Positions 9,183 to 18,689 of a stretch of 64,000 nt of DNA are shown one piece after another. Below the pieces are notes generated by a model. That model was not told where the DNA came from. It saw only the letters and a list, made by a program, of their open reading frames with translations, and ran no database searches. The DNA lies in NCBI GenBank assembly GCA_963664875.1, contig OY761611.1, positions 3,680,001-3,744,000 of the forward strand, written 5' to 3'. How positions within the stretch are numbered: position 1 is the stretch's first letter; each line of letters begins with the position of its first letter. This stretch comes from Candidatus Kapaibacterium sp. (GTDB lineage Bacteria > Bacteroidota > Ignavibacteria > Kapaibacteriales > UBA2268). The translations under genes were made by a program, and so were the position numbers.

Positions 9183-9977
9183 ATGAAATATATCTCGATG
9201 ATTTGTGTGTTGTGCTTTTGTATTATAATAAATTTTATGGAAGCTAACTCCTATAACTATGATGAATTCAATTCTGAATACTCCCAGATATTAGAAGGTG
9301 AAGATTTTTGGTATTTAGCATATATAGATATTCCAACCTTGCCTATAGGTGAAACTAAGAGATTGGATATTTTAAGAAAAGACGAATATAGTCTTACATA
9401 TCAAGCTGATACGTCTTTAAGTTTAGAAGTCATTATTAGTCGTTATAATAAAGCATTGGATATAGCCAATATGTTTTTCCAAGCAGAGCCACAAATTATT
9501 TCTTGGCTAAAGGAACAAATTGAAGATTCGTCAAAAATTTCGCAACTTTTTGGTTTACATTCTAGACATAGAGAAGTTATTCCGATGCCGGAATATAGTA
9601 GTACCATGAGTCCCACTATAATTGAATGCTATTATGTTATTAAAAGCAAATATTCTGCCTTAGCATTCAGTATTAATTACTGTATAAATCAAGTTTTTAG
9701 TCCAAATGATATCAGGCTGATATTTTTATCTAAATATGAGGGTTTAGGTATAACATTAAATAAACTTATTGATCAGGAGTGGCAAAAATTTGAATCATTA
9801 TATGATAGGTATTTTGAAACTGATTTAAAGCAGTTTTATTTAGAAGTGACCAAAACTTTTGGTTATTTAGTTGACCCATATTTGGAGTCTAATGCTACCT
9901 ACACAATCAAAGAACCTTACAAATCAATGAATGACCCTGATCTGATCAAAATACAGGAATATTTTAATGAGAGGTAG
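9183..9977 (+). CDS. Exported immunity-like hypothetical protein (family A; paralog of 20096-20881)
   Basis: Signal peptide; shares INYC.NQVF.P.DIRL.FL and near-identical C-terminus FGYLVDPYLESNA.YTIKEPYKSMNDP.LIKIQEY with 20096-20881. Confidence 0.65.
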   Translation: MKYISMICVLCFCIIINFMEANSYNYDEFNSEYSQILEGEDFWYLAYIDIPTLPIGETKRLDILRKDEYSLTYQADTSLSLEVIISRYNKALDIANMFFQAEPQIISWLKEQIEDSSKISQLFGLHSRHREVIPMPEYSSTMSPTIIECYYVIKSKYSALAFSINYCINQVFSPNDIRLIFLSKYEGLGITLNKLIDQEWQKFESLYDRYFETDLKQFYLEVTKTFGYLVDPYLESNATYTIKEPYKSMNDPDLIKIQEYFNER

Positions 9978-10114
9978 TGGAAAAGTTTAGCATTGTAATA
10001 TGGTGGGGCAAATATGGTGACAATAACGGGTCAATTTTCAGAGGGAAAGAACATAAACACTATTCCCAAGAATCATTTAGAATGTTTAAATAGAAGCACA
10101 GGAAATTTTTGATT

Positions 10115-10642
10115 ATGTTAAAACACACAAATTACATCATATTATTTTTCTGTTTTATTAGTATTGCCTATGCAGAAGGTCAACAGTCGAATATTTATAA
10201 TAATTTAACCAGTGTTTTTTTTGAAGTGAGAACTTCAAGAGGAGGTGTGTATTTTTCTGATTGCGAGGCACTAAGTATTACTTTCCTATCTGATACTACA
10301 TCGAACTTATATAGAGTGCTTATAAATTCAGATTCAGATAGTGGAATTATGCTGAATTTTGAGGAATTGATACAACTACAGAATGCTGTCGATAGTTGCA
10401 AAATTGAAATAGTTTCAAACAATTGCTATTACTTAGTATTTTCAGTAGTTTACAATTTATCAATATCGTGGAAAAGTGCTGTTTCATATATTTGTTTTCC
10501 TGAAGACTCTGACATATTTTATTCAATTCTGGAAGAAAACTGGTCAAAAGAGAAAATAGATAAACTTCGTTCTTTTATTAATAATGAACGAAAAAAAGCA
10601 GCAGGTCATCCTTCTATCTTACTAAAGGACAAAACCAAATGA
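10115..10642 (+). CDS. Exported immunity-like hypothetical protein (family B; probable paralog of 21081-21629)
   Basis: Signal peptide; similar size and spaced matches to 21081-21629; stop overlaps the leader-repeat ATG (ATGA). Confidence 0.6.
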   Translation: MLKHTNYIILFFCFISIAYAEGQQSNIYNNLTSVFFEVRTSRGGVYFSDCEALSITFLSDTTSNLYRVLINSDSDSGIMLNFEELIQLQNAVDSCKIEIVSNNCYYLVFSVVYNLSISWKSAVSYICFPEDSDIFYSILEENWSKEKIDKLRSFINNERKKAAGHPSILLKDKTK

Positions 10643-10710
10643 AAAATAAACACAAAAAACTAGTCATAATGCTACTATTAGCATTGCTGCAAACCACGAG
10701 TTTGCTTGCC
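10639..10710 (+). repeat. Signal-peptide leader repeat, copy on + strand
   Basis: ATGAAAAATAAACACAAAAAACTAGTCATAATGCTACTATTAGCATTGCTGCAAACCACGAGTTTGCTTGCC; near-identical to 17531-17602 and 18618-18689 on the minus strand. Confidence 0.9.
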
Positions 10711-10893
10711 CCTGCCCGGAAAACAATATATAAACCGAGAAATGCCGCTTTAAAACACTAATATGTTCTTATCTTACTCATAGATTGGACTAACTCAGAT
10801 ACATTTCCTTTGTTCAATGATAAATATGAAAGATTTACTTACAAGCACAAATTGTATTTTACTCAGCCCAAATCAAAGCTAAAAGTATTTTAG
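10639..10893 (+). pseudogene. Leader-tail fusion ORF interrupted by one in-frame TAA (10759-10761)
   Basis: MKNKHKKLVIMLLLALLQTTSLLAPARKTIYKPRNAALKH*YVLILLIDWTNSDTFPLFNDKYERFTYKHKLYFTQPKSKLKVF* in a single frame. Confidence 0.45.
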
Positions 10894-11143
10894 AGTTTAA
10901 TTTCAAATTCCCCTTAAGCTTTTGTATAGGCGTGCTTATCGAATACTAAGCTGAAATATAAGACAATTTCACAATACCTATGCATATAATCCCTATATAT
11001 TTATATATTTGTATCAACTATCTTAGCCTAATGGCAAATCCCGATGCACAGATATACATAGTATGTATTTACTGCCTTAGCAGATAGCAATAGATTGAAT
11101 GCAAATCCTTGATTAGAATTTAAAAGTAAGAAATATAATAATA

Positions 11144-13336
11144 TTGAGTAAAATTATGGCAAAGACTAGTATCTACGAAAGAATAACTAACGATGTATTA
11201 GAAATACTTAGGCAATCTCCTTTGCCAATCAGAAGACATGAAATTGCAAAACTTATAGAAATGCCTGCAGAAAGTGAAGAGTATGATTTGCTTAGAGATG
11301 TTTTAGACGATCTCGAAGAGCAGGGTGTTATTGAAAAGTTTGCCCGAAGAAAATATGCCCTGAAATCTTATCAGGATAATTCTTCTATAAAAGGCATTTT
11401 GGTTATCGAACATAAAAAAGCGTATGTGGAAACTTCGGTGCCCGAATTTCCTGTTATCTCAGTAAAACAAGCCCATCTTAATACCGCTCTTTCCAGCGAC
11501 GAAGTGCTTGTAAAACTATTAGCTTTGAAGAAAAAAAAGAAACCTCAGGGCGAAATTATAGAAATTATTAACCGCAATCAGACTCAATTTGCTGGAACAA
11601 TTGAGTATGACGGATATTTCCATTTTGTTGTACCGGATGATGATACGATATATGTTGACTTTTTGGTTCCAAAAGATTTGCTGAAAAGTGCAGAACCGGG
11701 TGATAAAGTCAATGCCAGATTTGTCAGCTGGGAGCATTCTACTAAGTCGCCTCATGCCGAAGTAGTTGAAATTATTGGTAAAGCCGGCGAGGCAAAAGCT
11801 GAGTTTGACGCTATACTTACTGATTTTAATCTTCCGGAAAAATTCCCGGAAAAAGTGGTGAAAGAGGCAAGGGGTATGTCTTTGCCTGATGTTAATGTTA
11901 ACTACCCGGGCAGATTAGATGTAAGAGACGAGCTGATTATAACTATAGACCCTCATGATGCGAAAGATTTTGACGACGCACTGTCTCTGAAAATACTTGA
12001 AAACGGCAATTACTATCTCGGTGTGCACATAGCTGACGTGAGCTACTATGTGGAAGAAAATACTGATTTGGATATTGAGGCAAGGTTACGCGGTAACTCG
12101 ACTTATCTCGTGGATAGAGTCATCCCAATGTTGCCGGAAGAGCTTTCAAATGAATTATGCTCTCTGAAACCTAATGAGCCAAGATTTGCTTATTCGTGTT
12201 ATATGGAAATCACTCCTAACGCTCAGGTTGTTGATTACCAAATCACAGAAACTATAATCGACAGTAAAAGAAGGTACAATTACGACGAAGTACTTGAAAT
12301 TATCCAAAATGAGGAAGGCGACAATCTCGAGTTGATTTTGTCACTGCATAAGCTTTCAAGATTGCTTCGTGCCAAAAGGTTTCGTGAAGGTGGCATAGAA
12401 TTCGACACTATGGAGCTTCGCTACGTTTTAGACGACCACAAAAATCCGGTCGAAGTCAAAATGAAACGCTCAAATCATGCTACTCAGTTAGTAGAAGAAT
12501 GTATGCTTATAGCTAACAAAGTTGTAGCAACTCACATAGAAAAAGTTGCGTCAATGCAGAAACTGAAAAACGTTCCTTTTATTTATCGTGTGCATGACAA
12601 TCCTGACCCTACAAAGTTCCAGGATGCACTAAACTTTATCAAACAATTTGGTGTAAAAACCAAAAAGCAAAATCTTACTTCGCATGAGATAAACAAAATG
12701 CTCGAAGAAGTAAATGAAATGCCGGAAAAGGATATTATCCATTCTGTCTTGATTCGCTCTATGGCGAAAGCTGAATATTCTACTAAAAACATTGGCCACT
12801 ATGGTTTAGGTTTCAAGTACTATACACACTTTACTTCGCCTATCAGACGCTATTCAGATTTGATTGTACACCGTATGCTGAAAGAGTACCACAAAGGTCA
12901 GGTCGTTCCCGAAAGATTGAAATGGCTCAATATACTTATGAAAGATATTGCCAGTATCACTACCGACCGTGAGCGAGCTGCTATGGAAGCAGAAAGAGCT
13001 TCTAATAAAATCGCCGGTGCGATGATGATGGAACGACACATTGGCGAGGAATTCAACGGTATCATCACCGGAGTTACAAGTTTCGGGCTGTTTGTGCAGG
13101 TAGATGGCATCTATGCAGAAGGTCTTATACACATGAAAGATATGCACGACGATTATTACCTTTTCGAAGAGAAAAAAATGCGACTTGTCGGCAAAAGACA
13201 CAAAAAAGTGCTACACATGGGTAAAAGAATTCGTGTGAAAGTAATAAAAGTCGTAATTGAAAAACGTGCAGTTGACTTCGCTCTTGTTGATGACAAGCCT
13301 TACGAAATTGATATGATCGATAATGTGGAGTTATAA
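11144..13336 (+). CDS. rnr: Ribonuclease R
   Basis: RNB motifs TIDPHDAKDFDDALS, HIADVSYYV, YTHFTSPIRRYSDLIVHR; N-terminal HTH/CSD and C-terminal S1 domain; start may be ATG 11156. Confidence 0.95.
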   Translation: MSKIMAKTSIYERITNDVLEILRQSPLPIRRHEIAKLIEMPAESEEYDLLRDVLDDLEEQGVIEKFARRKYALKSYQDNSSIKGILVIEHKKAYVETSVPEFPVISVKQAHLNTALSSDEVLVKLLALKKKKKPQGEIIEIINRNQTQFAGTIEYDGYFHFVVPDDDTIYVDFLVPKDLLKSAEPGDKVNARFVSWEHSTKSPHAEVVEIIGKAGEAKAEFDAILTDFNLPEKFPEKVVKEARGMSLPDVNVNYPGRLDVRDELIITIDPHDAKDFDDALSLKILENGNYYLGVHIADVSYYVEENTDLDIEARLRGNSTYLVDRVIPMLPEELSNELCSLKPNEPRFAYSCYMEITPNAQVVDYQITETIIDSKRRYNYDEVLEIIQNEEGDNLELILSLHKLSRLLRAKRFREGGIEFDTMELRYVLDDHKNPVEVKMKRSNHATQLVEECMLIANKVVATHIEKVASMQKLKNVPFIYRVHDNPDPTKFQDALNFIKQFGVKTKKQNLTSHEINKMLEEVNEMPEKDIIHSVLIRSMAKAEYSTKNIGHYGLGFKYYTHFTSPIRRYSDLIVHRMLKEYHKGQVVPERLKWLNILMKDIASITTDRERAAMEAERASNKIAGAMMMERHIGEEFNGIITGVTSFGLFVQVDGIYAEGLIHMKDMHDDYYLFEEKKMRLVGKRHKKVLHMGKRIRVKVIKVVIEKRAVDFALVDDKPYEIDMIDNVEL

Positions 13337-13340
13337 CAAA

Positions 13341-13973
13341 ATGTTTACCGGACTAATCGAAGAAATAGGCGAAATAAGTGCTGTCAGACCTATTGGTGCG
13401 GGTAAGCGAATTACTGTGAAAGCATCAAAAATTATGGATGACCTCAAAATAGATGATTCTGTGGCTCTTAATGGTGCCTGTCAGACAGTTGTAGCAGTAT
13501 CTGCCAATCATTTCGAAGTCGAAGCAGTAGAAGAAACTTTAAGAAAAAGCACGCTCGGGCAGTTTCGCCCGGGCATGCATATTAATCTCGAAAGAGCTGC
13601 GAAACTCGGTGACAGAATGGGAGGACATCTTGTGCAGGGGCATGTCGATACTATCGGCACGGTTGCAAATATTCAGAAAGAAAGTGCCGGCATTTTGGTT
13701 TGGGTGTCCTATCCGCCGGAATTTGATAAATATCTTATTCCGACCGGTTCTGTAACTATCGACGGTATTAGTCTTACTTCTGCAAGGGTGGAATCTTATA
13801 GATTTATGGTGTCGGTGATTCCGCATACTTGGAAAGTTACAAATCTGAATAATATCAGAATCGGCTCTTATGTCAATCTTGAATTTGACGTTGTTGGCAA
13901 ATATATTGAAAAAATGCTCAAATCGGGCAAATCATCCGGTTTGGAGCAATATATAGATCAACCTTTGTATTAG
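13341..13973 (+). CDS. ribE: Riboflavin synthase (alpha chain)
   Basis: MFTGLIEE N-terminus, DSVALNGACQTV, NLERA, GGHLVQGHVD, VNLEFD. Confidence 0.95.
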   Translation: MFTGLIEEIGEISAVRPIGAGKRITVKASKIMDDLKIDDSVALNGACQTVVAVSANHFEVEAVEETLRKSTLGQFRPGMHINLERAAKLGDRMGGHLVQGHVDTIGTVANIQKESAGILVWVSYPPEFDKYLIPTGSVTIDGISLTSARVESYRFMVSVIPHTWKVTNLNNIRIGSYVNLEFDVVGKYIEKMLKSGKSSGLEQYIDQPLY

Positions 13974-14036
13974 ATTGGATAATCACTTAAACACTTTTTT
14001 TATGGCATTTAATGAGAACAGCAATTTAGGAAATAG

Positions 14037-15668
14037 ATGATTCGACATTATTTTACTTTAAAACAAATAGCAGAGTCTCTGCAGTTTCTTATTGGCTTTC
14101 AGGTAACGGAATGCTTCACTCAGGAAAAGGAAACTCTCTCCTTAGTGCTGAGCAGCGGAAGCAGAGAGGAAATGCTGCATTTTTCCGCTGATCCGAAATT
14201 TTGCAGCTTTTACCTAAGACACAATTTTGCCCGTGCAGGTAAGAACACCACAGATTTGATGCCGGATTTGCTCGGAGAATATCTACAAAGTATTCAGGTT
14301 AAAGAAAAGGACAGAGTAATAATATTAGATTTTGTTGCTGTGCGTGCTTACGTTTTGCTTTATGGCGCTGCAGAAAGTAATTTTATTCTTAGCTCAAAGC
14401 CAAATGACATAGTAATCGATTCGCTCAGCAAACGAAAGGCACTTGAGGGACAAAAAATCAAATTGAAACCGACTTATAATAAAAGTTTACTAAGCTTTCC
14501 GGGCGATGCCAAGTTACGCGATGCTTTAGCCAAATCTGATTTGCTTTTAGGGAAAGACTATGCCGAAGAGTTTTTACTTGCTCAAAATATCGACACAAAA
14601 GCTCTATTGCAGGATTTTTCTGAGGTGGACATATCTTTGCTGCTCGAAAAGGTAAATCTATTTACAGAGCAAATATGTACCTCAAAAGAGTATCTGATTT
14701 ACAGGAAAGATGACGATAGTCTTATGATGAGTCTTATTCCGCTGCAAAAATATGGCGAGCCTGAGCAAATAACAGATAATCTGCATAAAGCTATCCAAAT
14801 TCGACTTAGCTACGAAAAGAAAGAAGATACTTTTGCCAAGGATTTTAAAGAAGTTGAAAATAAATTGGAATCCAAAATATCAAAAATTGTCAGAAATATT
14901 GGATTTGCTTCTGATTTTTCTAAAACTGAGGAAAAGATAAGTAATTACACACTTTGGGGCGAAATACTCCTTTCTCAGCCAAATCCTAAGTTGAAACCCG
15001 GAAAAGAAATCAGTCTTTCTGATTGGAGCGGCAATCAGATAATTATTCCTCTCGATGAGAAGCTCGATTTGATGCAAAATGCACATATCTTTTACGAAAA
15101 GTCCAAAAAGTCAAAACAGGAGCTTATATTCAGAAAGCTCCGAATTCCAAAAATGCAGGAAGAATTGGACTCACTCAATCAAATAAAAAAAGAGCTTGAC
15201 AGCATTCATGATATTAAAGAATTGAATAAATTTGTAAACAGAAACACTAAGGTTTTAGGAATAAAGAAACAGGGCAACAAGACATTGGATGCAAGCGAAA
15301 AATATAAAGTGTTTGACTTGGGAGATGGTTTTACTCTCTATGTTGGTAAAAATGCTGCCAACAATGACGAACTTACCATGAAGTTTGCTAAAGCAAATGA
15401 TTTGTGGTTTCACGTTCGGGGCATTAGCGGTTCGCACGCTGTGATTAGAATAGAAAAAGGTCAGAAACCCGGTAAACATATTATCGAAAAAGCTGCGGCT
15501 ATTACTGCTTATTACTCAAAAATGCGAAATGCAGGACTCACACCCGTAGCTTACACAGAAAAAAAATATGTAAGAAAGCCCAAAGGTGCCAATCCCGGCC
15601 AAGTGCTTATTACAAAAGAAAAAGTAGTGCAGGTAGTCCCCGCATTGCCAGACGGATATACAGAATAA
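14037..15668 (+). CDS. NFACT family / ribosome quality control protein (RqcH/FbpA-like)
   Basis: NFACT-R domain VGKNAANNDELT...DLWFHVRGISGSHAVI...AAAITAYYSK...YVRKPKGANPG. Confidence 0.85.
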   Translation: MIRHYFTLKQIAESLQFLIGFQVTECFTQEKETLSLVLSSGSREEMLHFSADPKFCSFYLRHNFARAGKNTTDLMPDLLGEYLQSIQVKEKDRVIILDFVAVRAYVLLYGAAESNFILSSKPNDIVIDSLSKRKALEGQKIKLKPTYNKSLLSFPGDAKLRDALAKSDLLLGKDYAEEFLLAQNIDTKALLQDFSEVDISLLLEKVNLFTEQICTSKEYLIYRKDDDSLMMSLIPLQKYGEPEQITDNLHKAIQIRLSYEKKEDTFAKDFKEVENKLESKISKIVRNIGFASDFSKTEEKISNYTLWGEILLSQPNPKLKPGKEISLSDWSGNQIIIPLDEKLDLMQNAHIFYEKSKKSKQELIFRKLRIPKMQEELDSLNQIKKELDSIHDIKELNKFVNRNTKVLGIKKQGNKTLDASEKYKVFDLGDGFTLYVGKNAANNDELTMKFAKANDLWFHVRGISGSHAVIRIEKGQKPGKHIIEKAAAITAYYSKMRNAGLTPVAYTEKKYVRKPKGANPGQVLITKEKVVQVVPALPDGYTE

Positions 15669-15682
15669 AGGAGTTCAGCCTG

Positions 15683-16513
15683 ATGAATAAGCTAATTGTT
15701 ATTTTGATTGTGTTTGCGATTACTGCAGTAACTGCGGCTAATCTCTCAAACAAACTAAAAATAGAAAAAAACTCGAACTATAAGTACTATATCGTAAATG
15801 ATTCTAAACATTTGCTTAGGACGAGCGACGGCACTTTGGACGAGTTTGACACTATTGCATCTGCAGAGAGCTTTTATGCAGACCTGCTTTTTAGCGAGGT
15901 TGGGGGAGATCGGCTTATAGCTCTTGTTGCTCTTTCCAACGTGAGTACATACGAGAAAGACCCCTCGAAAGGGATGGAAATTAAGTCCAAGAATGATTTA
16001 GTAGATTTGGACGAAGTTGGTGGGGAAATCTCTATTGCGGCTAATGGGGCAGATGCAAAAATCGAATCCTTGGATAACGTAAACTCTTTATCCTATCTGA
16101 TTTTGCCGGATATAATGCAGTACCTCACCGAGCTTGCTCTGCCACTGCCTACTTACGAATCAGAGGCAGGTGCTGAGTGGTTTGCCGATAAGACAGAGAT
16201 TCAAAAATATGATTTTGCAAGTTTGGAATCGCATCACAAAATAAGATATAAACTTACTGCTTTCAAAGAGTACAAAGGTTACCAATGTGCTGAAATAGAC
16301 TTTGAGACTGTTACAAATGACTATACCTCGAAGTTTGCAGTCTCTGCATTTAAAAGCAAAATCATGGGCAAAGCTTTGATCGAAGCTGCAACCGGTGTGG
16401 TAGTCAATCTTCAGATTTCGACAGACTTTACTCTGATTGCGGATAATAATGGTTTGAATTACAACACAGAAACTTCGTCATTTACAGAAATTTCTCTGCG
16501 TTCGAGAGAATAA
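15683..16513 (+). CDS. Exported hypothetical protein
   Basis: AAGGAG RBS, signal peptide, 276-aa ORF with beta-rich pattern. Confidence 0.65.
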   Translation: MNKLIVILIVFAITAVTAANLSNKLKIEKNSNYKYYIVNDSKHLLRTSDGTLDEFDTIASAESFYADLLFSEVGGDRLIALVALSNVSTYEKDPSKGMEIKSKNDLVDLDEVGGEISIAANGADAKIESLDNVNSLSYLILPDIMQYLTELALPLPTYESEAGAEWFADKTEIQKYDFASLESHHKIRYKLTAFKEYKGYQCAEIDFETVTNDYTSKFAVSAFKSKIMGKALIEAATGVVVNLQISTDFTLIADNNGLNYNTETSSFTEISLRSRE

Positions 16514-16521
16514 AAAGAGGG

Positions 16522-16563
16522 TCTATTCTGCTTCTCTTATTCAAGTTTGAGAGAGGCAGATAG
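16522..16563. terminator. Hairpin/terminator at the convergent junction ending the cassette array
   Basis: CTGCTTCTCT...AGAGAGGCAG stem between the 16513 stop and the last leader repeat. Confidence 0.55.
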
Positions 16564-16567
16564 TTTT

Positions 16568-16630
16568 AACTCGAAGTTTGCAGCAATGCTAATAGTCGCA
16601 TTATAACTATTTTTTGTTTTTATTTTGCAT
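16568..16630 (-). repeat. Signal-peptide leader repeat, degenerate terminal copy
   Basis: Reverse complement ATGCAAAATAAAAACAAAAAATAGTTATAATGCGACTATTAGCATTGCTGCAAACTTCGAGTT; one A fewer in the A-run gives TAG at codon 8. Confidence 0.85.
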
Positions 16631-17429
16631 TTGGTGATGTTGATTTAGGTTCTCTCAAAAATGTAATTCCTTCTACAGTGTACTCAGGAGAAAGATAAAT
16701 ATCTGGGCATACAAAATCTAAATGCTTTGATAAGAATCCCTTAAATGTTTTTTCTGTTCTATTGTCAATTAATTCTATAATGCCATTATCAATATTATAT
16801 TTTCCAAAATACATTAACCTACCTTTAAAATAAATGGTAAAAGTATTGAAGGTTTCAAATATTATTTCATAGTCTTTCAATAAGAACTGATATCTATCTA
16901 GAGATTTTAAAATAGAAATATCATCTATTTTAGATTGCTTATTTGCTTCATAAATTTGTACCATGTTACTATCAATATTTTTACAAATTTTGTAATATTC
17001 TTCTAGTTTATCGGCATCTCCTAAAAATGTTACAAATCGGCCTGTATCATCAATTACATCTATGCTATAGTTATTATCTGACACCAGCGAATCAAGATAC
17101 ACCCAGTTTGATTTAAGCAAAATATTGCCGTCATTTTTTTTGTAACATTCAAACTTTATCTTGTTAAAAGCATCTGAGAGAACACAATTCCCATTATGAT
17201 ATGCTACTTTTCCAGCTAGTAAGGGAAAATAAAATATATGTGACGATCCTTCATGAATATTTTGATAATACATAAGAAATGTTTCATCAGAGTATATTTT
17301 CAAAGTTATCTGTGCTGAGTAGATTTGTTTGTTGAATGTATATATACTATGAGTATTAGTATTAGTTTTAGTACTAACAATATTTGCTGAAGAAGTTATC
17401 ATAGCAAATAGAATCAATATGAATTTCAA
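16620..17429 (-). CDS. Exported immunity-like hypothetical protein (family C; probable paralog of 17599-18396)
   Basis: TTG start 12 bp after the mini-ORF stop, signal peptide; LLAGK..., GKYNIDNGIIEL matches to 17599-18396; ends over the leader-repeat ATG. Confidence 0.6.
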   Translation of the reverse strand: MKFILILFAMITSSANIVSTKTNTNTHSIYTFNKQIYSAQITLKIYSDETFLMYYQNIHEGSSHIFYFPLLAGKVAYHNGNCVLSDAFNKIKFECYKKNDGNILLKSNWVYLDSLVSDNNYSIDVIDDTGRFVTFLGDADKLEEYYKICKNIDSNMVQIYEANKQSKIDDISILKSLDRYQFLLKDYEIIFETFNTFTIYFKGRLMYFGKYNIDNGIIELIDNRTEKTFKGFLSKHLDFVCPDIYLSPEYTVEGITFLREPKSTSPNAK

Positions 17430-17440
17430 AATGATTTACC

Positions 17441-17602
17441 TTATTTTAATGGGTCAAAATTATATTCACACTCAATTTGTACGGGGATGTGTTTGAAATT
17501 AGCCTCATACCTGAAAGTTATCGTGTGCTGCGCAAGCAAACTCGAAGTTTGCAGCAATGCTAATAGTAGCATTATGACTAGTTTGTTGTGTTTATTTTTC
17601 AT
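17441..17602 (-). CDS. Leader-repeat mini-ORF (53 aa): conserved signal peptide plus variable tail
   Basis: MKNKHNKLVIMLLLALLQTSSLLAQHTITFRYEANFKHIPVQIECEYNFDPLK*; AAGGA RBS lies inside the upstream gene; absent from the ORF track. Confidence 0.6.
   Translation of the reverse strand: MKNKHNKLVIMLLLALLQTSSLLAQHTITFRYEANFKHIPVQIECEYNFDPLK
17531..17602 (-). repeat. Signal-peptide leader repeat
   Basis: 72-bp near-identical copy of 10639-10710 and 18618-18689. Confidence 0.9.
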
Positions 17603-18396
17603 TTGGTTGTGTCCTTAGGTTCAAATTCAAAAAGACTATTCTCTATTCCACATGGCAGAAAAAATGGTAATTTTGGTATATACAAAGTTCTATTATCCTT
17701 AACTTTCCCTTCGAAATGTACTCCATAAAATGACAATGTCAAAAGGCCATTTTCAAGTCTGTAGGTTCCTTCTAATAAAGGTGTATTGTTTACAGAATAA
17801 GTACAACTACCATCATCAACAAAATCTAAATAGAACATATTGTTCTTATTTAAATTGCTATATGGTGTGTAATGAGGTAATGAAGTCGCAACATATCTTC
17901 CAACTTCAATATCATTTTGCTCATTATCAAACGCTAAATGAGCGTAAGAAAGTTTTGTCGCCTTAAGACATTCAAAAAATAGTGGAAAATTACCAAGATC
18001 TTCCGGTAAAAACTCTGGGTCATTTTCCATGAACCATACTTTATCCATTGTTTTGTTTTTTAGAAAGATAGGAGCATCAATAAATACCATTTTGTCATCC
18101 ACCAAAGTAGCTGTATAATTGAACCCATAAATATCATCATGAAAGGATATTTCATTATCTTTCCTTTTATATTTCCCTTTGGCAAGTAGTATTTCTCCCA
18201 AATCAATATCAGACTGAATTGGATTAGTTAAAGTCATCATATAAGCATCCCCCACAATATTCAAATGTATATTTTTGTAATAATTAAATGTATTACTATT
18301 GTAACATAATATTGTATGAATCCTGTCATTTGGAATGTCAGATAACTGCAATTTAAAAACTCCAAGAATTACTAATAGCATTAACATCATTACCAT
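17599..18396 (-). CDS. Exported immunity-like hypothetical protein (family C)
   Basis: Hydrophobic N-terminus; internal duplication (KGKYKRKDNEISF / EGTYRLENGLLTL); start overlaps the stop of 18390-18689. Confidence 0.6.
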   Translation of the reverse strand: MVMMLMLLVILGVFKLQLSDIPNDRIHTILCYNSNTFNYYKNIHLNIVGDAYMMTLTNPIQSDIDLGEILLAKGKYKRKDNEISFHDDIYGFNYTATLVDDKMVFIDAPIFLKNKTMDKVWFMENDPEFLPEDLGNFPLFFECLKATKLSYAHLAFDNEQNDIEVGRYVATSLPHYTPYSNLNKNNMFYLDFVDDGSCTYSVNNTPLLEGTYRLENGLLTLSFYGVHFEGKVKDNRTLYIPKLPFFLPCGIENSLFEFEPKDTTK

Positions 18397-18689
18397 GCCC
18401 TCAAACTTGTTGGTAAAACATCATTGTATTCTGGTTTAACGTTAAGTCCATAACCTCTTTTTATCATTATTCTATCTAATTTATCAGCTTCAAACGGTTC
18501 ATAGTGATTTTGTAAATAATACTTTGAAAATAGGTAATCAGTAAGATAACTTTTACTATCTAAATATTGACCATACTCATGCATATATTTTGGATTATAA
18601 AGAACAAAAGCATTTTGTGCGAGCAAACTCGAAGTTTGCAGCAATGCTAATAGTAGCATTATGACTATTTTTTTGTGTTTATTTTGCAT
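18390..18689 (-). CDS. Leader-repeat ORF (99 aa): signal peptide fused to a tail with a degenerate HExxH-like motif
   Basis: MQNKHKKIVIMLLLALLQTSSLLAQ followed by YMHEYGQYLDS...YL. Confidence 0.6.
   Translation of the reverse strand: MQNKHKKIVIMLLLALLQTSSLLAQNAFVLYNPKYMHEYGQYLDSKSYLTDYLFSKYYLQNHYEPFEADKLDRIMIKRGYGLNVKPEYNDVLPTSLRAW
18618..18689 (-). repeat. Signal-peptide leader repeat
   Basis: 72-bp near-identical copy of 10639-10710 and 17531-17602. Confidence 0.9.

Noticed and set aside
11028-11080. Possible structured RNA upstream of rnr (CTAA.GGCA...TGCC.TTAG with inner ATACATA/TATGTAT)
   Set aside because: Weak AT-rich pairing and no recognisable riboswitch motif; no FMN riboswitch consensus despite downstream ribE
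16568-18689. Leader repeats as a CRISPR array or integron attC sites
   Set aside because: Repeats are 72 bp, protein-coding, non-palindromic and about 1 kb apart; no cas or integrase gene and no attC R-box inverted structure
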